In this document: positions 39,234 through 49,184 of the stretch, one piece after another | How positions within the stretch are numbered: position 1 is the first letter of the stretch | How the letters are laid out: the number at the start of each line of letters is the position of its first letter | NCBI GenBank assembly: GCA_051418015.1 | Contig: JBPRGF010000017.1 | Location: 96,001-160,000, forward strand | Source: Candidatus Nitrospinota bacterium M3_3B_026 | GTDB taxonomy: Bacteria > Nitrospinota_A > UBA7883 > JBPRGF01 | DNA length: 64,000 bases | Direction of reading: 5' to 3' | Position numbers and translations under genes: made by a program | The notes under the pieces: generated by a model | Seen by the model: only the letters and a program-made list of their open reading frames with translations | Told to the model about the DNA's origin: nothing | Database searches by the model: none

Positions 39234-39871
39234 GAGCGAAGATCAAGGTCAACGGGAACGGATATCACGCGGCCCGCCGTCCCGCCGCGCCAGCGCCGCC
39301 GCCGCCGTCCATCCCGGAGCGGCGGCCCTCGTGGAAGGATCGGCTCCGGGAGGAGTATCCCCTGTGGGTCATGGCGGTCAGGACGGTCTTCGGCCGCTGT
39401 TTCCCCCGCCCGCCCGGTTCCCGCTGGACGGTATTCCGGGTTTATGTTCGGGCGCTTCTGCTCGTCGTCCTGTTTATGGCGGGTATGTTTCTGTCATCCT
39501 GCGCGACGATCATGAACCCCTACAACGAGGATTTCTCCTGTCCCGACACGGATAACGGCAAGTGCGTGGGCGTGCCCGAGGCCTACGACGAATCGGCGAA
39601 CCGGCCCTGTCTGGAGTGCGACGCGGGCGAAGGCGACGTTTCCCCGGCCCGGGCCGAGTACATGGAATCGCTCTACGAGCGGCTGCGGGAGGGTATATCG
39701 GAGCCCGCGCCCCCGGCGATGACCGCTCCGAAGGTTTTGAGGGTCCTGCTGCTGCCCTACGAGGGCTCCGGCGGCGCGCTGTACGAGGCGCGGTACGTCT
39801 TCATGATGGTGGACTCGCCGAGGTGGATCATGGCCCCGCCGCCCGGCTCGATCGCAGGGGAGGCGCCGTGA
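39230..39871 (+). CDS. traV: Lipoprotein TraV
   Basis: LSSC lipobox, NPYNEDFSCP..GKCV, RVLLLPYE..G.L; between traB and traC; true start uncertain. Confidence 0.75.
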   Translation: MRAKIKVNGNGYHAARRPAAPAPPPPSIPERRPSWKDRLREEYPLWVMAVRTVFGRCFPRPPGSRWTVFRVYVRALLLVVLFMAGMFLSSCATIMNPYNEDFSCPDTDNGKCVGVPEAYDESANRPCLECDAGEGDVSPARAEYMESLYERLREGISEPAPPAMTAPKVLRVLLLPYEGSGGALYEARYVFMMVDSPRWIMAPPPGSIAGEAP

Positions 39872-42342
39872 GCTTCCATGACGCGATATTCGGCTCCGAT
39901 GGCGGCGCCCGGCGCTCGGACATCGACTGGATGGCGCGCCGTTCGCCTTTCTCGGACTACCTGCCCTGGACGGCCTGGGACCCCGAGACGAGCGTGTACG
40001 TCAACCAGGACGACACCGTGGGGCTGGCCTGGGAGATACAACCGGCGGCGTTCCTTGGGGATAAGGCCCAGAACGCGCTCGAGGGCCTGCTCAAACACGA
40101 CTATCCCGACGACTCGGTCATGCAGCTGATCCTCGTGGCCGACCCGGACATCGGCGGCCACATATCCCGCGCCCGGGCCACGAGGGTACGGGACCTGCCG
40201 CTTGTCCGGCGGTCGACGGAGGAGTTCGAGAAGTTCCTCCTGGCCGGTACCCGCCGGGGCCCGGCCGGCGGCGCGCCGCTTCGCAACTACCGGGCGATCG
40301 TGACCTGGAAGGCCGCGGCGTCCGCCACGACGCCCGGCCAGGTGGAAAACCTGAGGCTGGAGCTGACCCATTCCCTCCAGTCGGCGGGGCTCGACCCGGC
40401 TCCCCTCGCCCCCCAGGGGTTGCTGGAGACCATGCGGCGGCTGCTCAACTCCGGGCCGTGGACGCGCGGGGGGGAATACGACGAGAAAGTTCCCCTTCGC
40501 AAACAGGTGATAAAGGCCGGCGAGCCGGTCCGTATAGGCTGGGACGAGGTCGAGGCCGGCGGCAGGCGCTGGCGGCTGGTGACGCCGAAGATGTTCCCCC
40601 GCCAGGTGAGCCCGATGCAGACGAACGAGCTGTTCGGCGGCTTCGCGGGAGCCTCCGACGACTCGTCGCAGATCGGCGCGCCGTTCGTTTACTGCCTGAC
40701 GGTGGTGTTCAGGAGCCTCAACGCCCGGATACACACCCGGTGCAACCTGATACTCCAGCAGAAGGGCGTCGGTTCTTTCGCCCCGTCGCTTGCCCGCAAG
40801 CAGGAGGAGCACGTCTGGGCCACGGACGCCCTCGACCAGGGCAAACAGTTCCTGCAGGTGTCCCCTATGATGTGGGTGATCGGCGAGACGGGCGAGCAGG
40901 CCCGGGACGCCCAGAAACGGGTCCGCCGCGTATGGGAGGGGAAGGGATACGAGACCCAGGAGGACAAGGGAATCCTGTCGCTGCTGTTCCTGGCCTCGCT
41001 GCCCTTCGGGCTCTACGGCGGCGGGAAGACCCTCGAGGACCTGGAGCGGGATTTCATCACGCCCCACGATTCCGCCTCGGCGATCCTGCCCGTCCAGGGC
41101 GACATCCGCGGGTTCGGAGAGCCGGTGGTGACCTTCTGCGGCCGCAAGGGGCAGGTGGCCGGGCTGGACATGTTCAACCGCCGGGCCGAGAACCACAACG
41201 CTTTCATAACCGCGTCCACGGGCGCGGGCAAATCGTTCCTGCTCAACTACATCGCGTCAAGCCACTACGCCGCCGGGGCCAAGATCAGGATCATCGACAT
41301 CGGCGGCTCGTACAGGAAGATGACGAAGATGTTCGACGCCCGCTACCTCGATTTCTCGGGTTCCGGCGGCGAGTGTCTCAATCCATTCACGATGGTACGC
41401 GACCCCGCCGCCGACCTGCCGGTCACGGCCGCGGTGATCGCGTCGATGGTCTACTCGTCATCGGGGCAGTCCCCCTCGGAGACGGAGTACTCACTGCTAA
41501 AGGACGCCTGCCGCTGGGCGTACACCGAACGGGGGCCGGAGGCCGGCGTCGACGCCGTCCGCGAGTTTCTGAGCTCCTTCCCCAGGCACGCGGAAGAGAA
41601 GGACGCCGAAGCCGCGCCGGCGCTGGCCCCCAGGGCCCATGAGATGGCCTACAACCTGAAGGATTTCTGTTCCGGCGGGGCGTATGGGAAATACTTCAAC
41701 GGCCCGGCCACGTTCGACATCGCGAAGGACGATTTCGTCGTCCTGGAGCTCGAACACGTCAAACCCATTAAAGAGCTGTTCAACGTGGTGACGCTCCAGG
41801 TCATCAACGCCGTCACCCAGGACATGTACCTGTCCGACAGGAGCACGCCGAAACTCGTGATCTTCGACGAGGCCCACATGTTCCTGTCCGAGGGCGAGAG
41901 CGAGATTCTGAAAAAGGTCATAGAGGAAGGCTACCGCCGGGCGCGCAAGTACTACGGGTCATTCACCGTCATCACCCAGTCGATCATGGACCTGGCCGGG
42001 TTCGGCCCGGTGGGGCGCGTCATCCGGTCGAACTCGGCGTTCAGGTTCTACCTGGAGTCGGACGACTACCCCACGGCGGCCCAGGAGGGGTGGATAGACG
42101 CGAGCAGATTCAAGCTCGATCTCCTGCGCGGCGTCAAGTCGCGGAAGGGGGACTACTCGGAGATGTTCATGGAGACGCCGGGGGCGTCCGGCGTCGTCCG
42201 GCTGATCGTCGATCCCTTCTCCTATTACGTCTACACATCCTCCGCGCCCGAGATCGCGGCCGTCGAGCAGCTGGTGGACGAGGGGATGACCTACGAACAG
42301 GCCATAGACGAGCTTCTCCGGCGGAAGGGGGAAAAGAAGTGA
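39868..42342 (+). CDS. traC: VirB4-like ATPase TraC
   Basis: ASTGAGKS, IDIGGSY, FDEAH, GYRRARKY, ITQS; GTG overlaps the traV stop. Confidence 0.92.
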   Translation: MSFHDAIFGSDGGARRSDIDWMARRSPFSDYLPWTAWDPETSVYVNQDDTVGLAWEIQPAAFLGDKAQNALEGLLKHDYPDDSVMQLILVADPDIGGHISRARATRVRDLPLVRRSTEEFEKFLLAGTRRGPAGGAPLRNYRAIVTWKAAASATTPGQVENLRLELTHSLQSAGLDPAPLAPQGLLETMRRLLNSGPWTRGGEYDEKVPLRKQVIKAGEPVRIGWDEVEAGGRRWRLVTPKMFPRQVSPMQTNELFGGFAGASDDSSQIGAPFVYCLTVVFRSLNARIHTRCNLILQQKGVGSFAPSLARKQEEHVWATDALDQGKQFLQVSPMMWVIGETGEQARDAQKRVRRVWEGKGYETQEDKGILSLLFLASLPFGLYGGGKTLEDLERDFITPHDSASAILPVQGDIRGFGEPVVTFCGRKGQVAGLDMFNRRAENHNAFITASTGAGKSFLLNYIASSHYAAGAKIRIIDIGGSYRKMTKMFDARYLDFSGSGGECLNPFTMVRDPAADLPVTAAVIASMVYSSSGQSPSETEYSLLKDACRWAYTERGPEAGVDAVREFLSSFPRHAEEKDAEAAPALAPRAHEMAYNLKDFCSGGAYGKYFNGPATFDIAKDDFVVLELEHVKPIKELFNVVTLQVINAVTQDMYLSDRSTPKLVIFDEAHMFLSEGESEILKKVIEEGYRRARKYYGSFTVITQSIMDLAGFGPVGRVIRSNSAFRFYLESDDYPTAAQEGWIDASRFKLDLLRGVKSRKGDYSEMFMETPGASGVVRLIVDPFSYYVYTSSAPEIAAVEQLVDEGMTYEQAIDELLRRKGEKK

Positions 42343-42923
42343 GCCGGAAAAAAGACAAGGGCGTGGAGTACCCCCGCAAGGCCGTTCTGGCGGCCATAAG
42401 AAAAAACAGGGAGCTCGTCCAGGGGATTCTCGCCAGGAGGCGGGTCGTGACGACGGAGAAGGGAGTCCTCTCCAGAAACGGAGACAGGGAGCTTTTCGCC
42501 CTGCTGCGGCGGGAGGGAACTGACGGCTGGTGGTACGGGCACGTCCTCCGTGTGTACATGGACAAGGAGCCGCAATGGGCGGCGCTCATCGTCAACGCAA
42601 TGGTGGAGATCGACGCCCCCGACGAAAAGACGCTGTTTGAAAGGGTCCGCTACTGGCTGGAGGGGCAGCTCGAATACCACCCCGTCCGGGCCCAGAGGGA
42701 GGATGATACCTGCGCCTTCCGCCACAGCTTCGAAGAGGCCGTCGAAGCGCTTGTCGAGATGATCCGGCGGTTCCGCATCAATCTCCGCGAACCGGGAGAG
42801 AAAGAGGACCTCGGTTACGAGCCCGAGGGACAGTGCGACTTGCGCCCATGGGCCGTTTACGGGCTGGACTGCAATACAAACGAGGACGGTGTACGCCCCC
42901 CTATTCCCTATTCAGGGAGGTGA
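42339..42923 (+). CDS. Hypothetical protein inserted in the tra operon
   Basis: Start and stop both overlap neighbouring genes; no tra motif recognised. Confidence 0.55.
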   Translation: MSRKKDKGVEYPRKAVLAAIRKNRELVQGILARRRVVTTEKGVLSRNGDRELFALLRREGTDGWWYGHVLRVYMDKEPQWAALIVNAMVEIDAPDEKTLFERVRYWLEGQLEYHPVRAQREDDTCAFRHSFEEAVEALVEMIRRFRINLREPGEKEDLGYEPEGQCDLRPWAVYGLDCNTNEDGVRPPIPYSGR

Positions 42924-44146
42924 TGAAAAGTATGCACACAAACATATTTCAGACCCTGTCGGCCGCCCTGTTGCTCTGCCTGACGGCGGCGCTTCTCCTT
43001 CCCGCCGCGGTGGCGTCCGCGGCGGACGAGGCCGCCGTCGAAGCGGGCCAGGCCGCGGGCTCCGAAGCCCTGGTGGTATACGGGACGCCCGAAGGGCTGA
43101 AGGACAATCTCGCCGTCCCGTGGGCGTCCGGCGCCATGTTCCCGGAGCCGCCGGAGGGGGAGGAGGAGCCGGGATGCCCGTCGTCGCCGGAGTACATGAC
43201 CGTCGAGATCGGCCCCCCCGGCCCCACGGGCGACCTGGCGGGGCTGGCCGTCCGGCAGGACACGGAGCTTTCAGGCTCCTTCGACCATTACGCCTCCGGC
43301 CCCGGCCGGATATCCGGCGTCTGCGCCGACGGTGTCGTCTCCTGCGCGCCGGGGACATGGGAGGGGTGTTCCTTCCATCGATGGACGGCGGACGCGAAAG
43401 GAAGACTCTCCCTCGCCCGCCTGCCCGAAAACGAACTCAAGGAGTGCTACTGCGTCAACGACGGCTGCGCAGAAGGGTACGCCAGGGAACATCTACTCGA
43501 TATCACCCGGGACATCGCAGGATCGGCGGCGGGCGCCGTCATGGCGGCGGTCCAGGGGTTCGCCCTCGTCGCGGCCCAGGAGTCCCCCGGCCGCTCGACC
43601 TGGTCCGCCCGTGACATGACGGCCGAAGCCTGCGGCGGCGGGGAGGAGGCCGTGGACGTGGAAGAGATGGCCGGCGCCGTGGAGGATTCCGGCTCCGCCG
43701 TGGAGAGCGTCCGGGCGGAGACGGGGGATTTCGGGGACGCCAGGGAGACCGTCACGGCCCTGTACGGGACCGTCCGGACGGAGACCGGTCCCGACTCCTT
43801 CGCCCTCTACTACGAGGACGCCGAAGGCGCGGAACGGAAGACCGCTCTCGACCCCGAGGAGACCTGGGACCCCTTCCCCGAATGTGTCGACGCCTGCCGC
43901 GTGAGGCTGACCGTGGAGGACACCCAGGCCTCGGCGGACGGGCAGACCGCCCGGTACCGGTTCGAGGTCGTGGAGGGCGATTACGCCGTCCTGGCCTGTG
44001 TCGACGGCGTCTGCCCGGCGAAACCGGGCGAGCAGGTCATCGAGCCCTGCTCCTGTCTCGACGCCTCGGATCGGGCGTTCGTCGAGATGGTGAAACTCGA
44101 GGGAGTCGGCAGGTCCATCATCAACTCCAGCGGAGTGAAGAAATGA
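42923..44146 (+). CDS. TraN-like mating-pair stabilisation protein, N-terminal part
   Basis: Signal peptide, Cys-rich (SGVCADGVVSC.PGTW..C, CYCVNDGC, CVDACRV, PCSC). Confidence 0.6.
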   Translation: MKSMHTNIFQTLSAALLLCLTAALLLPAAVASAADEAAVEAGQAAGSEALVVYGTPEGLKDNLAVPWASGAMFPEPPEGEEEPGCPSSPEYMTVEIGPPGPTGDLAGLAVRQDTELSGSFDHYASGPGRISGVCADGVVSCAPGTWEGCSFHRWTADAKGRLSLARLPENELKECYCVNDGCAEGYAREHLLDITRDIAGSAAGAVMAAVQGFALVAAQESPGRSTWSARDMTAEACGGGEEAVDVEEMAGAVEDSGSAVESVRAETGDFGDARETVTALYGTVRTETGPDSFALYYEDAEGAERKTALDPEETWDPFPECVDACRVRLTVEDTQASADGQTARYRFEVVEGDYAVLACVDGVCPAKPGEQVIEPCSCLDASDRAFVEMVKLEGVGRSIINSSGVKK

Positions 44147-45012
44147 GAATTTTCACGTTTCTGTTAGTCTGCTGTTTTCTCATCGCGTCTATCGCAAGCG
44201 CCGAGCAATACATGTGCGGCGGGGATTTCAACGGCTCCGGGTTCGCCGACGATCCCGGCGAGGTGGCCGCCTGCGCCCAGGCCGGGTACGAGTGTCCGGC
44301 GATCCCCGGCCAGGTCTTCACGGACCCGGCCGAATGCGAAGGCGCCTGCGGCTACCAGTGCAAGCCCGCCTGGCGCTGCCCGTTCGACGATGCCCTCCCC
44401 TGCGTCGATATCGACGACCCGGCCAACGTGATCCTCAAGGAGACCGACATGCGCTACCTGCGCGACGACGGCGGGGGGACGGTCTACGTCCTGAACGGCC
44501 GTCCGGGAAGGTGCCGAAAATCCGGCTACCGCACGGACTACAAGGATTGCTGCGAACGCCCCTACGACAAGGCCGAGGAGGCCGGCAAGTGCGAGTTCCT
44601 GACCGGATCGTTCATGGGAGACGACGAGACCACCGCCCGGCGCAACCTGGGCGAGTGCCACTACCTGGGCGACTACTGCGCCGAACAGTGGCGGGGAATC
44701 GGTTGCGTCCAGCGGGCCGAGTCCTACTGCTGCTTCCTGAGCCTCGGGCTCGGCCGGGTACTCCACGAGGAGGGACGCCCCACGCTTAAAAGCTTCGGGC
44801 CGGACGGGAGCTGGGGCTCGGCGCTGTCCCCCAACTGCCGGGGGTTCACCTCGGACGAGTACCAGTTCCTGGAGACCAAAGAGGTAGACGTCTCCGAGTT
44901 CATCGACAGGTACCTGACGCTGGAGGAGTCCTGGATAGACACGGACGCGATCAAGACGTGGAGCGAGGTCCGGCAGGAGCTCGAGGACGCCGTGAGGAGG
45001 GGCGGGGAATGA
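44143..45012 (+). CDS. traN: TraN C-terminal Cys-rich domain protein
   Basis: CHYLGDYC..GCVQ..SYCCF..L.R.LHEEGR.., CRGFT.DEYQ motif; own signal peptide. Confidence 0.78.
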   Translation: MRIFTFLLVCCFLIASIASAEQYMCGGDFNGSGFADDPGEVAACAQAGYECPAIPGQVFTDPAECEGACGYQCKPAWRCPFDDALPCVDIDDPANVILKETDMRYLRDDGGGTVYVLNGRPGRCRKSGYRTDYKDCCERPYDKAEEAGKCEFLTGSFMGDDETTARRNLGECHYLGDYCAEQWRGIGCVQRAESYCCFLSLGLGRVLHEEGRPTLKSFGPDGSWGSALSPNCRGFTSDEYQFLETKEVDVSEFIDRYLTLEESWIDTDAIKTWSEVRQELEDAVRRGGE

Positions 45013-45629
45013 CGATACCGCCGCTCGCCATCGCCGCCGCGTTTCTCATCGCGGCCGCTCCGGCCGTCCGTGACGCGGGGACCATCGGCGCGGTATACCC
45101 GGTGGCCGAGCCGGACGCGCTGGCCGAGCTGGAAGCGGCGGCCGCCGCCGTGGACTGGAAGACGGTTCTGCGGAAAGCCGTCCGGGAAAGTTTCAAAAAC
45201 TACGTCCCGCCGGATCCGGCGGACCTTCCAAGGGCCCGGACGGGCGACGGGTTCCTGTTCGATCCCGCGTACACGCTCGACCATGACGTCCAGGTGGGCG
45301 AAGGGATGGTCTACCCGGCGGGGTTCTCCTACAACCCCCTCGACTACGTGAGCCTGCCCGGCCGTATCGTCGTCCTGGACGCGGCGGACGGGGAGCAGGT
45401 GGACTGGCTTACGGATTCGGACCTCCTGGAGGACTTTCGAACCACGATTCTCATAACCGGCGGGGACGCGCAAACCCTCGCCGCGAAACTGAAAAGACCC
45501 GTCCACTACATGACCGGCCGGCTGGCGCAGCGGCTCGGGCTGCGGGCGGTCCCCTCGGTGGTGGAGCAGGAGGGGCGCTTTTTCAGAGTGAGGGAGATAG
45601 ATGTCGAACTTGAAAATTCCTCTGATTAG
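45009..45629 (+). CDS. traW: TraW
   Basis: GTIGAVYPVAEPD, FDPAYTL, NPLDYV, RLGLRAVPS. Confidence 0.82.
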   Translation: MTIPPLAIAAAFLIAAAPAVRDAGTIGAVYPVAEPDALAELEAAAAAVDWKTVLRKAVRESFKNYVPPDPADLPRARTGDGFLFDPAYTLDHDVQVGEGMVYPAGFSYNPLDYVSLPGRIVVLDAADGEQVDWLTDSDLLEDFRTTILITGGDAQTLAAKLKRPVHYMTGRLAQRLGLRAVPSVVEQEGRFFRVREIDVELENSSD

Positions 45630-46641
45630 CCTCGCCATTCTGCTGGCGATCACAGGGCAGGTGTGGGCCGTCTGCGCGGGCAAGCAGATGAACCCGGCCA
45701 CGGACGTCTGCTGGGACTGCGTCTTCCCTGTCAAGATAGGCGGCGTCTACACCTACCCGAACACCTCCGGCGCGCCCGACACGCCCGACGCGGCCAACAA
45801 GTCCACCTGCGTCTGTCCCGCGCCGCCGCCGCAGTACAAAAGGTACGGCATCCCCGTCTCCTACTGGGAGCCTCGGGGGCTGGTGGAGACGGTCAAGGAG
45901 CCCTTCTGCTCGCCCATGCTGGGCGAGAGCATGGCGGGAGTGTGGGCCGCGGGGTCGGCGGACTCCGGCTCCGCCGGATACGAATACGGGTTCGGCCAGG
46001 GCGGCGGGTCCGACCACGCCGCCGGCTCCCAGACGGACATCTACACCTTCGCCCACGTCCACTACTTCAGGTTCCCGGTCTGGTGGGTGATGGGCGTCCT
46101 CACGGATATGACCTGCAAGGAGTCGTCGGGCTTCGACTACGTCTACATCAGCGAGTACGACTACACCTGGAAGAACGACGCCGCGGCGGCCATCGAAAAC
46201 CCCGACGCGAAGCTCTTCGCCAACGTCCTGTCGCAGACCGCCTGTGCCGCCGACAGCATCGCCGTCAACCTCGGCGCGCCGCCGCTGGACCCGCTTTACT
46301 GGTGCATGGGGTCCTGGGGCAGCGCGTTCCCACTGACGGGCCACATCACCGAGGAGGTCGATATCCAGGCCAACGTGGGGCTCGCCGCGCGGCTGAATTT
46401 CTTCCTTTCCCGGATCGGGGAGATCCTCGACTGCGGCGTGTGGGAATGCGCCTGCGTCCACACGCCGGTATGGGTCAAGTCCAACTACAGGTTCCACATA
46501 GCCAAACCGGTGAAGGATTTCATGTGCCATCCCATCGGGCGAAGCTCGATCATGTGGGGTTACGGCAAGAACCCGCCCTACTCTGGAAACAACTTTCTAT
46601 GGGTCACCTTCAGGAAGAGGCTCTGCTGTGTGTCGAACTGA
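45601..46641 (+). CDS. traU: TraU
   Basis: NPATDVCWDCVFPVKIGG, YWEP, WCMGSWG..PLTG, FRKRLCC. Confidence 0.92.
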   Translation: MSNLKIPLISLAILLAITGQVWAVCAGKQMNPATDVCWDCVFPVKIGGVYTYPNTSGAPDTPDAANKSTCVCPAPPPQYKRYGIPVSYWEPRGLVETVKEPFCSPMLGESMAGVWAAGSADSGSAGYEYGFGQGGGSDHAAGSQTDIYTFAHVHYFRFPVWWVMGVLTDMTCKESSGFDYVYISEYDYTWKNDAAAAIENPDAKLFANVLSQTACAADSIAVNLGAPPLDPLYWCMGSWGSAFPLTGHITEEVDIQANVGLAARLNFFLSRIGEILDCGVWECACVHTPVWVKSNYRFHIAKPVKDFMCHPIGRSSIMWGYGKNPPYSGNNFLWVTFRKRLCCVSN

Positions 46642-47377
46642 TTTATTAGCCCTGGCGGCCGTGTTCATTGTCGCGGCGCCCGGCGCCGCCGGGACCAAAG
46701 ATACGCCAACGGGCGCCGCGCGCCGGTCGGCGGAGGTTTTCAGGTCGGAAGACTTCCGGGAGAAGGTGAAGGATATCCAGGAGGAACTAAGACCGATGAT
46801 CTCCGGCATGGAAACCGCCGCGGCTCCGGGGACGGATACAGGGACGGGAAAACCCGCCCGAACACCTCTCCTGCCGCCCTCGGAGCGGATATACCTCTTC
46901 ATATCCTCCTCGATGCCGGTTGAGACCATCCGCGGCTACCTGGCGGATATCGACCGGCTGGGTCCGCCGCCGAACGTCCGGGTGGTCATGCGCGGGTTCA
47001 TCGGCGGGATAAAAAAGATCGGCCCGACGATGGAGTACATGAAAAAGGTCCTGGCCAAAGACCGGGACTGCGATCCATCGGCCGCCGAATGCGAGCTGTT
47101 CAGGACGGGAATCCAGATAGACCCGAAGTTGTTCCGCAGGTACGGAATCGAAAAAGTTCCCGCCGTGGTCCACGCCGCCGGCGTGAAAACGCTCCAGCCC
47201 GGCATGAGCGAGGGGATCCCCGAGGCGGCCCGGGTCTCCTCGGCCTGGATCGTTTACGGCGACGCGGCGCTTCCCGCCCTGCTGGAGGTCATACGCAAAG
47301 AGAGCGGGCGGGCGTCGCTGGAGCCGGTCATCGCCCGGCTGGAGGAGGGTTTCTTTGACGGGAGGACGGAGCCGTGA
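46628..47377 (+). CDS. trbC: TrbC (F-type pilus assembly)
   Basis: YLFISSSMP, VMRGF, IQIDPKLFRRYGI.KVPA, YGDA. Confidence 0.85.
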   Translation: MCRTDLLALAAVFIVAAPGAAGTKDTPTGAARRSAEVFRSEDFREKVKDIQEELRPMISGMETAAAPGTDTGTGKPARTPLLPPSERIYLFISSSMPVETIRGYLADIDRLGPPPNVRVVMRGFIGGIKKIGPTMEYMKKVLAKDRDCDPSAAECELFRTGIQIDPKLFRRYGIEKVPAVVHAAGVKTLQPGMSEGIPEAARVSSAWIVYGDAALPALLEVIRKESGRASLEPVIARLEEGFFDGRTEP

Positions 47378-47829
47378 CCTGCTGGAGGACGGGACTGGTC
47401 ATCGCGATAGCGCTCGCCGCCGGCGCGGCGATCCCTGCGCGGATCGGCGTGACCGTCACGCCGTCGCTATATCACAGGATTTACTACGTCCGTCCCAGGG
47501 GGGAGACGGAGATCCCCGCGAAGGGGGACTACGTGACGTTCGCTAAACCTGTCAACGGGAAGAGGGAGCTGGTGACCAAACGGGTGGCCTGCGCCCCCGG
47601 GGACGAGCTTCGGGCGGAGGGAAGGAAATACTACTGCTCGGGCAAGTACCTGGGCGAGGCCAAGAAGTTTTCACTTTCCGGCGCCCCCCTCGAAAACTTC
47701 GTGTTCAACGGAAAGGTCCCGGAAGGGAGGCTGTTCGTGAAAGGCGATCACAGGGACAGCTGGGACTCGCGTTATTTCGGATTCGTGGAGGTGGACGATG
47801 TCGAGGCCATACAGTACCCGATTTTCTGA
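47374..47829 (+). CDS. S26 conjugative signal peptidase (TrhF-like)
   Basis: TPSL, KGDYV, KRVAC.PGD, SWDSRYFG. Confidence 0.85.
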   Translation: MTCWRTGLVIAIALAAGAAIPARIGVTVTPSLYHRIYYVRPRGETEIPAKGDYVTFAKPVNGKRELVTKRVACAPGDELRAEGRKYYCSGKYLGEAKKFSLSGAPLENFVFNGKVPEGRLFVKGDHRDSWDSRYFGFVEVDDVEAIQYPIF

Positions 47830-47860
47830 AGGACTGACCGGGCCGGAAACCGCGGCGGCC

Positions 47861-48397
47861 ATGGAGGTAGCCGCCTGGCTGGGCGAACAGGGGTTCACGC
47901 TGCATTTCGCCAACATGATCCTGAAACAGGCACGTCATTCCCTGTCGGGTTTCCTGTTCGACGCCAGCGCCCGGGCGATGGATACCACGGAGCAACAGTC
48001 GCCGGAAGAGTCGAACCATGCGCATTCTTTTTTGGGGCAACCGTCTCCGAAACCCGTCTCTTCCCCGGTTTTAAACTTGTCCAATTTGGCGTCCTGCAAG
48101 TCACGGAAGAGGTCCTCGCGGGCCCATCTGCCCGACCTGAAAAGAGGACAAATAGGCATAATTCCCCTCCTTCAGAAGGAACGGTCGTCCAGGGACGAAA
48201 AGGATTATGACCGGTATTATACACGGTTCATCGGGGCCGCGATCGACGGGATCATCGAGTATCTGGTGGGGTCGGGGATAGACCGGTTCGACGCTATCGG
48301 GAGGACCCTCGACGCCGCGCTGGACCTCGTCGAAAGAGCCAGGCTGGCCGGTCGCCCTCCGCTCATCGAAGAAGAGGAGAAAAAAGATGATAGCTGA
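47861..48397 (+). CDS. Hypothetical protein inserted in the tra operon
   Basis: Open frame filling the gap and overlapping the traF start; atypical codon usage. Confidence 0.4.
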   Translation: MEVAAWLGEQGFTLHFANMILKQARHSLSGFLFDASARAMDTTEQQSPEESNHAHSFLGQPSPKPVSSPVLNLSNLASCKSRKRSSRAHLPDLKRGQIGIIPLLQKERSSRDEKDYDRYYTRFIGAAIDGIIEYLVGSGIDRFDAIGRTLDAALDLVERARLAGRPPLIEEEEKKDDS

Positions 48398-49184
48398 CGT
48401 CCGGGGCGGACTTCTCCTGATCGCGGCGGCTATCCTCCTTCTCGCCGCGCCCGTGTCCGCGCAGGAAACGGCCCCGGCCTGCTCGCGCTGCGGCTGGTTC
48501 TGGTACGCGGATCCCGTGGAGGACGGAAAGGAGGAGGCCGCCCCGGACGAAACCCCTTCCCCCGCCGAGCTTTGGGAGACGGACCCGGCCAGGTTCCGGG
48601 AGCTGCTCGACGAGGCGCGGGCAGAGGCGGTCAGGACGCTTTCCGAGGAGGACGTACACCGTTATTTCGAGATGCAGCAGATCGCCTCGGACAAGGCCGC
48701 GGCGTTCGCCGCCGTGTCGAAGGTCGTCTCGATGAAACACCCGGAGCTTTCCGGCGGGAATTCGTATCCCATCGCCCACGGCGGCCGCCGGGCGATGCTC
48801 ATCGCCCGGACCGCCGAGAAACGGGACGTCATCCTCTCGGCCAGAGAGGATTTCGCGCTGGTCTACTTCCGGTCGGACAGATGCGGGTTCTGCGCCGCGC
48901 AGGACCCGGTCATCAAACGCCTCGCGGACAGGTACGGCCTGACCGTCCGCGCCGTGGATTCGGACGCCGAGCCGGCCGCGGCGGCCCGGTTCGGCGTGGA
49001 TACCGTCCCGGCGATCCTGCTCGTCGGCCGGGAGACGGGCGGACATCTTTATCTGGCCAACGGCGTGGTCTCCCTGGACGAGCTGGAGACCTCCCTTTTC
49101 CGGGGAATACGGCTCCTGCGCGGCGACGTCGAGCCTGAAAGGTTCCACACCTGGGACTACGAGCGCGGCGGAGAAGCGCGGTGA
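48387..49184 (+). CDS. traF: Thioredoxin-like TraF
   Basis: GWFWYADP, YFRSDRCGFC..Q, FGV..VPAI, G.VSLDEL. Confidence 0.85.
   Translation: MIADVRGGLLLIAAAILLLAAPVSAQETAPACSRCGWFWYADPVEDGKEEAAPDETPSPAELWETDPARFRELLDEARAEAVRTLSEEDVHRYFEMQQIASDKAAAFAAVSKVVSMKHPELSGGNSYPIAHGGRRAMLIARTAEKRDVILSAREDFALVYFRSDRCGFCAAQDPVIKRLADRYGLTVRAVDSDAEPAAAARFGVDTVPAILLVGRETGGHLYLANGVVSLDELETSLFRGIRLLRGDVEPERFHTWDYERGGEAR

Noticed and set aside
39230..39500. Long N-terminal extension before the TraV lipobox
   Set aside because: May simply reflect an internal start (e.g. ATG 39371); cannot be resolved from sequence
44143..44146. Selenocysteine read-through of TGA, given selC nearby
   Set aside because: The TGA stops I checked overlap a next gene starting in another frame (ATGA/GTGA); no in-frame continuation or SECIS was evident
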